From contig CAVXQJ010000016.1 of the NCBI GenBank assembly GCA_963763745.1, positions 513,029 through 577,028 on the forward strand: DNA of 64,000 bases. Direction: 5' to 3'. Below the pieces are notes generated by a model. That model had not been told where the DNA came from, did not search any database, and saw only the letters and a list, made by a program, of their open reading frames with translations. Below, one piece after another: positions 58,329 to 64,000 of this stretch (position 1 is the first letter of the stretch; every line of letters begins with the position of its first letter). The DNA is from an uncultured delta proteobacterium. Its GTDB lineage: Bacteria > Myxococcota_A > Polyangia > Polyangiales > Polyangiaceae. A program made the position numbers and the translations under genes.

Positions 58329-59684
58329 ATGGTCTGCGCCTTGGCCGAAATCGCACCGCTCACGCCCCTCCGCTACGATTTGGATCGCGCACCGCTCGCG
58401 AGCCTCATCGCTCCGCCGTACGACGTCATCTCCGAGACCGAGCGCCAAGAGCTCGCGGCGCGCCACCCGAACAACGTCGTTCGATTGATCCTGCCGCAAG
58501 GCGAGGGTGACGCGAAATACGCGAACGCGGCGAAGCTGCTCGACGAGTGGATCGCCAGCGGCGTCGTCGTGCGCGACAACGAGCCCGCGTTCTACAGGTA
58601 CGATCAGAGCTTTCTCCCGCCTGGCGGCGGTACCCAGACGATCACGCGGCGCGGTTTTCTCGCCGCGGTGCGCTTGCATCCGTTTTCGGATCGCGTCGTC
58701 CTCCCGCACGAGCGCACGCTCTCGGGTCCCAAAGAAGATCGCCTCAAGCTCTTTCGCGCGACGAAGACGCAGCTCTCGCCGGGCTTCATGCTCTATTCCG
58801 ATCCCCGCGGCGAGCTCGACGCGCCGCTCGAAACGGGCAGCGTCGTCACGGAGTTCGCGACGCCCGACGGCATTCACCACGTGCTCGCGAAGGTCACCGC
58901 GCGAGACGCGCTCGTCGCGATCGTCGACAACTTGAGAAAATCCACGCTCCTCATCGCGGATGGACATCACCGCTACGAAACCGCGATTCACTACCGCGAC
59001 GAGATCGGCGGGCCGGACGAAGCCGAGAATCGATACTTCATGACGTTCCTCGTCAACGGCGACGATCCGAACTTGGTCGTCTTTCCGACGCATCGATTGA
59101 TTCATTCGATCCCGAAGTTCGATCTCGACGAGCTCGTCGCGAACGCGCAGCCGCTCTTCATCATCATGCGTCGCGACGATCGACCCACGGCAGAGACGCT
59201 GCTTCAGTGGCTCGCGAAGGAAGCTCCGACGCGTCAAGGCTCATCCCCGCAAGCGGGGACCCCGGCGTTCGTCGTCGTCGCGCCCGACGGTCGCGCCGCG
59301 CTGCTCGCGATGAAGAAAGACGTCGACCTCGCCACGCACCCCACGCTCGGCCCGCTCAACCCCGCGCTACGCGTCACCGACGTCGCCGCGCTTCACGCGG
59401 GCGTGCTCGAGAATTTGCTCGGCATCTCGAAAGAAGCACAAGAGAAGAAAACGAACATTCGATATCCGCAGGACGCGCGCGCCGCGCTCGCCGATCTGCT
59501 CGCGAAGAAAGACGGCGCGCAGGCGCTCTTCTTGATGACCGCGACGCCCGTCGCCCAAGTGCGCGCGGTCGCGGAGGCCGGCGAGGTCATGCCGCAGAAG
59601 TCGACGTTCTTTCACCCGAAGGTTCCGACGGGCCTCGCGCTCCACACGCTCGATCCGGCGAGGTCCGTTCCGCGCGCGACGTGA
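58329..59684 (+). CDS. DUF1015-family protein
   Basis: 451 aa; pattern APPYDVIS...ADGHHRY characteristic of DUF1015. Confidence 0.75.
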   Translation: MVCALAEIAPLTPLRYDLDRAPLASLIAPPYDVISETERQELAARHPNNVVRLILPQGEGDAKYANAAKLLDEWIASGVVVRDNEPAFYRYDQSFLPPGGGTQTITRRGFLAAVRLHPFSDRVVLPHERTLSGPKEDRLKLFRATKTQLSPGFMLYSDPRGELDAPLETGSVVTEFATPDGIHHVLAKVTARDALVAIVDNLRKSTLLIADGHHRYETAIHYRDEIGGPDEAENRYFMTFLVNGDDPNLVVFPTHRLIHSIPKFDLDELVANAQPLFIIMRRDDRPTAETLLQWLAKEAPTRQGSSPQAGTPAFVVVAPDGRAALLAMKKDVDLATHPTLGPLNPALRVTDVAALHAGVLENLLGISKEAQEKKTNIRYPQDARAALADLLAKKDGAQALFLMTATPVAQVRAVAEAGEVMPQKSTFFHPKVPTGLALHTLDPARSVPRAT

Positions 59685-59696
59685 GCTCCCCGCAAC

Positions 59697-61235
59697 TCAC
59701 GTTCCGAGTCGGAACGTGCGCTCGTATCCCGCGTCGAGGTTGCGAATCACGACGTCGACGATCCCGCGCTCGTCGAGCGAGTAGCGCTCTTCGATGCGCG
59801 GCCCATCCGTGGTGCGCTCGACTCGGACCGCCGCCGCGTCGCGCTCCGCGAGGCTCGCGTCGAACGGGAAGCACACTTCGCCGAAGAGCGTCATGTCGCC
59901 GCCGGGCTTGCCCGATGCGTCGACCGCGCTGCACTCGAAGAAGCGATAGCGCCCGACGTTGTGCGCGGCGCGGTACGCGCGCGTGCGCGTGAGCGGACCT
60001 TGCGCGCGCGCGGGGAGCGCGGTGTCGGGCGCGAAGATCGCGTCGAACGTGATCTCGCGACCCGCGCCGCCCTCGCGAAACACGCCGAACGTACGCGCGT
60101 AGCGATCCACCAGCGAGAGCGCCGCGTTGCCATCGGCCGCGATGGCGAGCCCGATCGCGACGGCCGCGGACGGATACGGCGAGCGATGCACGCGACGACC
60201 GAAGCGATCGCGGAGCGTGCGCGCCACGATGGGGAGCTCGCTCGCGCCCCCGACGACGTAGATTCCGGCGATGCTCGCGAGATCGGGCTCGCGCGCCTCC
60301 GCTTCGAAGCGCGTCATCACGGGCGCCATCGCCGCGATGGTTCGTTCGACGAGCGGCGCGCACGCTTCGTAGAAATCAGAGGCGGGCAAGACGACCTCGG
60401 GTTTGGGCGCGAGCTTGCCGAGCGCATCTTCGAGATCGACGACGATCTTCCGCGAGCTCGGCTGGAGCCGCTCCTTCGCGTCGCGACATTGCGCGAGGAG
60501 CGAGCGCGCGCAGCGCGAGGGGAGCTCGGCGAGCTCGCGATCGACTTGAAGGAGCGCCGTGCGCGCGAGCACCTCGTCGAAGTCGTCGCCGCCGAGCCGC
60601 GCGAGCCCGCACGTCGCGAGCACCTCGTGCGCGGCGCCGCTCATGCGCACCGCGGATGCGTCGAACGTTCCGCCGCCGAGATCGTAGACGATGACGAGAT
60701 CGCGCCGCGCCGTGAGCGTGCTGCGATGGCGATGCGTGTACTCGAAGCCCGCGGCGGATGGCTCGTTGAGCATCGCGAGCGCATCGAAGCCCGCGCGCCG
60801 AAACGCGTCGAGCGTCGTGAGCCGCTGCGCGCCGAGCGCGTTCGCGGGCACGGCGACCGCCGCGCGAAGCTCGGTTGCCTTGGCGCGCCGCCGCGATGAC
60901 CGCTTCACGATTGCGTCGCGCACGTATCCGAAGAATCCGGTGAGCAATTCGCCGAACGTCACGACCGTGTCGCCGATGCGGACGACGTGCGACGGCCCGG
61001 CGTTCTCGGTCGCGAAGATTCGCTTGAACGAGCGCATCACGGTGAACGTCGGATCGTTCGTCACCGCGGCCGCGTCGAAACCGAAGCGGAGCTCGCCGTC
61101 GCGCGCGGCGACCATCGACGGGATCGCGGAGGCCGCGTCGCCTTCGTGATCGATGAAATCGACGACGGGATAATTCCCGCGATCCGCGAGCGCGACGACG
61201 GTCCGCGTCGTCCCAAAGTCGATCCCAAGCTCCAC
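59697..61235 (-). CDS. Hsp70-family ATPase lacking a canonical substrate-binding domain
   Basis: GIDFGTTRT, VYDLGGGTFD and GGASELP actin-like ATPase motifs; 512 aa, C-terminal region unrelated to DnaK SBD. Confidence 0.75.
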   Translation of the reverse strand: MELGIDFGTTRTVVALADRGNYPVVDFIDHEGDAASAIPSMVAARDGELRFGFDAAAVTNDPTFTVMRSFKRIFATENAGPSHVVRIGDTVVTFGELLTGFFGYVRDAIVKRSSRRRAKATELRAAVAVPANALGAQRLTTLDAFRRAGFDALAMLNEPSAAGFEYTHRHRSTLTARRDLVIVYDLGGGTFDASAVRMSGAAHEVLATCGLARLGGDDFDEVLARTALLQVDRELAELPSRCARSLLAQCRDAKERLQPSSRKIVVDLEDALGKLAPKPEVVLPASDFYEACAPLVERTIAAMAPVMTRFEAEAREPDLASIAGIYVVGGASELPIVARTLRDRFGRRVHRSPYPSAAVAIGLAIAADGNAALSLVDRYARTFGVFREGGAGREITFDAIFAPDTALPARAQGPLTRTRAYRAAHNVGRYRFFECSAVDASGKPGGDMTLFGEVCFPFDASLAERDAAAVRVERTTDGPRIEERYSLDERGIVDVVIRNLDAGYERTFRLGT

Positions 61236-61274
61236 GCGTCACGAATACCACCGGATGCGGTATAAGACCGACTC

Positions 61275-61844
61275 ATGCGTTCGAGCTCGCTCGCCTTCAG
61301 CGCTGCCCTTGCACTCGGCGCCGCATTCACGGCGTCTCCCGCGCGCGCGTTCGAAGACTCGACGCGCGGTCCTTTCTACGTGCAGGGCGAGCTCGCCTCG
61401 TTCGGCGTGTGGACGGACCTCCCGCTCGCGGGAACGCAAACGTATTGGCACCCTGACGTCGAGTTTGGCTACCACTTCACCGGCAGACACGACGGCTTGG
61501 TCCTCGGTCTTCGCCAAGGCTTCGACATCGGCCGCAATCACTACATGATCGGGCAAACGGTCATCCGCGCGGGCTACGACTTGGCGTTTCCGTTTCGCAA
61601 CGGCCGCTTCGAGCTCACCGTCGCGCCGTTCTCGACGATCGGCATCAACTACTTCTTCGACGGCCCGCAAGCCGGCGTGCACTTCAGCGTGGGAATCGAA
61701 GGGAAGCTCTTCTTCTTCCGCGGCGTCTATCTCCTCGTGAGGCCGATCGAGCTCTCAGCAGGGCAGTTCGTGAACCTCGGCTTCGGCGCGAAGAACGTCT
61801 ACTTCAACTTGAACGCAGGCGCCGGCGCTGGTTTCGCGTTCTAA
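61275..61844 (+). CDS. Outer-membrane beta-barrel protein (OmpW/OmpA-like small porin)
   Basis: Signal peptide ...FTASPARA; alternating hydrophobic beta-strands; C-terminal aromatic residue F. Confidence 0.5.
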   Translation: MRSSSLAFSAALALGAAFTASPARAFEDSTRGPFYVQGELASFGVWTDLPLAGTQTYWHPDVEFGYHFTGRHDGLVLGLRQGFDIGRNHYMIGQTVIRAGYDLAFPFRNGRFELTVAPFSTIGINYFFDGPQAGVHFSVGIEGKLFFFRGVYLLVRPIELSAGQFVNLGFGAKNVYFNLNAGAGAGFAF

Positions 61845-61949
61845 TGCCTGCTCCGCCGCACCCAGAAAAAAGGGTAGGTGGCTGGCGCGGACCTTGCTCG
61901 GTGTTTAGCTTCCGAGTTAGTTCATTGGATAGACGAGGAAGGTCCCACC

Positions 61950-64000
61950 ATGACTGAGAAGAAAGCTCCCCCGCCGCCCGCAGGCCGTGACGACGAACCG
62001 GTCGTGTTCGGCGATGAGCTGCCGGTGCTTCCGATTCGCAATGCCGTGCTCTTTCCGGGCGCGGTCGCCCCGTTCGACGTGGGCCGCGAGAAATCGGTCG
62101 CGCTCGTCGAAGACGTCGACAATCTGACGTCGCCCATCATCGCGATCTTCGCGCAGAAGGATCCGTCGACCGACGATCCCGGCCAAGACGATCTGCATCA
62201 GGTCGGCTGCGCGGCGCGCGTGCTGAAGGCGCTCAAGCATTCGAGCGGAAATTACTCGCTCATCTTGCAGGGCCTCACGCGCATCCAGCTCAGCGATGTG
62301 ACGCAAGGCGCGCCGTACATGAAGGCGAAGATCAAGCGGCTCGAAGAAGCCCCCGTCGGCGACGACGAGGCCGAGGCGCTCTCGATGAGCCTCCGCGACA
62401 TCGCGAAGCAAGTCATCCAGCTCATGCCCGAGCTGCCGCGCGAAGCGGGCTCGCTCATCGATTCGATCCAAGCGCCTGGCGCGCTCGCGGATCTCGTCGC
62501 GGCGAACCTCGACGCGCCGGTCGACGAGAAGGCCGCGCTGCTCGAGACGGTCGACGTGAAAGAGCGCATCCGCAAGGTGCTGCGTCTTCTCACGCGCCAG
62601 CTCGAGATCTTGAAGATGCGCGACCGCATCAACTCGCAGATCAAAGAAGAGATGGGCAAGAACCAGCGCGAGTACGTTCTCCGCCAACAGCTCAAGGCGA
62701 TCAAAGAGGAGCTCGGCGAGGACGACGGCGATCAAGGCGACCTCGACGGTCTCGAGGATCGCATCGCCAAGGCGAGCCTCCCGCAAGAGGCCGAGCAAGT
62801 CGCGAAGAAGCAACTCAAGCGCCTCCGCAACATGCAGGTCGGCTCGGCGGAGTACACCGTCGTCCGCACGTACCTCGATTGGATCATGGATCTGCCGTGG
62901 AACCAGCAGACCCCGGACAACCTCGAGATCGCGGCAGTCCGCAAAGTGCTCGACGAAGATCACTACGGCCTCGAGAAGGTGAAAAAGCGCATCCTCGAGT
63001 ACCTCGCCGTTCGCAAGCTGAAGAAGGACAAGAAGGGTCCGATCCTCTGTCTCATCGGTCCGCCCGGCGTCGGTAAGACGTCGCTCGGTCGATCGATTGC
63101 GCGCTCGCTCGGTCGCAAGTTCCACCGCATCTCGCTCGGCGGCGTTCACGACGAGGCCGCGATCCGCGGTCACCGCCGCACGTACGTCGGCGCGCTGCCC
63201 GGACAAATCATCCAAGGCATGAAGAAGGTCGGAACCATCAACCCGGTCTTCATGCTCGACGAGGTCGACAAGATCGGCCACGACTTCCGCGGCGACCCCG
63301 CGGCCGCATTGCTCGAAGTGCTCGACCCCGAGCAGAACTTCAGCTTCGCGGATCACTACCTCGAGATCCCCTACGACCTCTCGAACGTGATGTTCGTCGC
63401 GACGGCCAACATCGCCGACCCGATCCCCGCTCCGCTCCGCGACCGCATGGAGATCCTCGAGATCCCCGGCTACACGCGAAACGAGAAGCTCGCGATCGCC
63501 AAGCGCCACCTCATCCCGAAGCAGCTCGAGGAGCACGGCATCTCCAAAGAGCAGCTCGACATCACGGACAAGGCGCTCGACATCATCATCGATCAGTACA
63601 CGCGCGAAGCGGGCGTTCGTACGCTCGAGCGCCAAGTGGCGAGCGTCATCCGCGGCGTCGCGGTGAAGATCGCCGAGGGCGACCTCAGCCCACGCAAGAT
63701 CGAAACCGAAGAGCAGGTGCGCGAGTTCTTGGGCGCGCAACGCTTCTCGTCGGAAGTCGCGGAGCGCACCGAAGAGCCGGGCGTCGCGACGGGCCTCGCA
63801 TGGACGAGCGTCGGCGGAGAGATCCTCTTCATCGAAGCGACGAGCATGTACGGCTCCGGCAAGCTGCAGCTCACGGGTCAGCTCGGTGACGTCATGAAGG
63901 AGTCCGCGCAAGCGGCCCTCAGCTACGTCCGCGCCAACGCGGAGAAGTTCGGCATCGCCAAGGACTTCCTCGACAAGCGCGACATCCACATCCACATCCC
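61950..64000 (+). CDS. lon: ATP-dependent Lon protease, N-terminal about 683 aa (3' end outside window)
   Basis: Found by direct reading (not in ORF table because no stop in window): [21 protein letters not shown]..., LON N-domain, Walker [16 protein letters not shown], Walker [10 protein letters not shown]. Confidence 0.9.
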   Translation, partial: MTEKKAPPPPAGRDDEPVVFGDELPVLPIRNAVLFPGAVAPFDVGREKSVALVEDVDNLTSPIIAIFAQKDPSTDDPGQDDLHQVGCAARVLKALKHSSGNYSLILQGLTRIQLSDVTQGAPYMKAKIKRLEEAPVGDDEAEALSMSLRDIAKQVIQLMPELPREAGSLIDSIQAPGALADLVAANLDAPVDEKAALLETVDVKERIRKVLRLLTRQLEILKMRDRINSQIKEEMGKNQREYVLRQQLKAIKEELGEDDGDQGDLDGLEDRIAKASLPQEAEQVAKKQLKRLRNMQVGSAEYTVVRTYLDWIMDLPWNQQTPDNLEIAAVRKVLDEDHYGLEKVKKRILEYLAVRKLKKDKKGPILCLIGPPGVGKTSLGRSIARSLGRKFHRISLGGVHDEAAIRGHRRTYVGALPGQIIQGMKKVGTINPVFMLDEVDKIGHDFRGDPAAALLEVLDPEQNFSFADHYLEIPYDLSNVMFVATANIADPIPAPLRDRMEILEIPGYTRNEKLAIAKRHLIPKQLEEHGISKEQLDITDKALDIIIDQYTREAGVRTLERQVASVIRGVAVKIAEGDLSPRKIETEEQVREFLGAQRFSSEVAERTEEPGVATGLAWTSVGGEILFIEATSMYGSGKLQLTGQLGDVMKESAQAALSYVRANAEKFGIAKDFLDKRDIHIHI

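Noticed and set aside
61845-61949. tRNA or small RNA gene or heat-shock promoter upstream of lon
   Set aside because: No cloverleaf-compatible sequence found; a weak CTTGCT...CATTGGAT similarity to sigma-32-type promoters is too poor to call from sequence alone.

Overview
This is a high-GC (about 70%) window that looks like a Myxococcota (myxobacterial) chromosome. The evidence for that placement is a MYXO-CTERM-like sorting tail, myxo-type Cys-rich NCGACG repeat lipoproteins, a sigma-54 enhancer-binding protein, a Ser/Thr protein kinase, a T2SS with an actin-like GspL, and many lipoproteins. Coding density is high on both strands, and most genes are joined by ATGA, GTGA or TGATG stop-start overlaps. 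Coordinates were derived mainly by arithmetic from the ORF table, and repeat coordinates read from the raw text may be off by 1-2 nt.

Layout, in order:
- 1-4.1 kb: a sugar-nucleotide / polysaccharide block, comprising a 3' fragment of a UDP-sugar dehydrogenase, a hypothetical protein, an FkbM methyltransferase, rfbF (glucose-1-P cytidylyltransferase) and an uncharacterised nucleotidyltransferase.
- 4.1-10.2 kb: a Gly-rich beta-helix lipoprotein, hrpB, a Gln/Tyr/Gly-rich membrane protein and murB.
- 10.2-11.3 kb: a repeat hotspot holding a MITE-like palindromic element plus two convergent DUF559 paralogs. Each paralog begins inside its own 125-bp hairpin.
- 11.4-13.8 kb: the most interesting locus. 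On the minus strand, a TPR-like membrane protein, a 79-aa peptide and a radical-SAM/SPASM enzyme are chained by 4-nt overlaps, making this a candidate RiPP-like or peptide-modification system.
- 13.8-37.6 kb: mixed housekeeping and accessory genes, including a TetR regulator, an azurin-like cupredoxin, an MBL hydrolase, a DUF4388-DnaJ protein, efp, an esterase, a SWIM-DNA ligase-WGR fusion, hflX, hutU, an isochorismatase and a sigma-54 NtrC-like regulator.
- 37.7-53.8 kb: a complete roughly 16-kb type II secretion operon, gspC through gspN plus two trailing genes. It is preceded by a sigma-54 -24/-12 promoter candidate. It contains five single-nt indels confined to gspD/E/F, a novel 83-aa coupled ORF between gspC and gspD, a leaderless GspG-like paralog, and a 175-bp hairpin repeat right after the major pseudopilin gene.
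- 53.8-64 kb: a membrane protein, Ser/Thr kinase and PilZ-like operon, then purD, a DUF1015 protein, a truncated Hsp70-like ATPase, an outer-membrane protein and the 5' 2 kb of lon.

Three interspersed repeat families occur in 3, 2 and 3 copies. No rRNA, tRNA or CRISPR was found.
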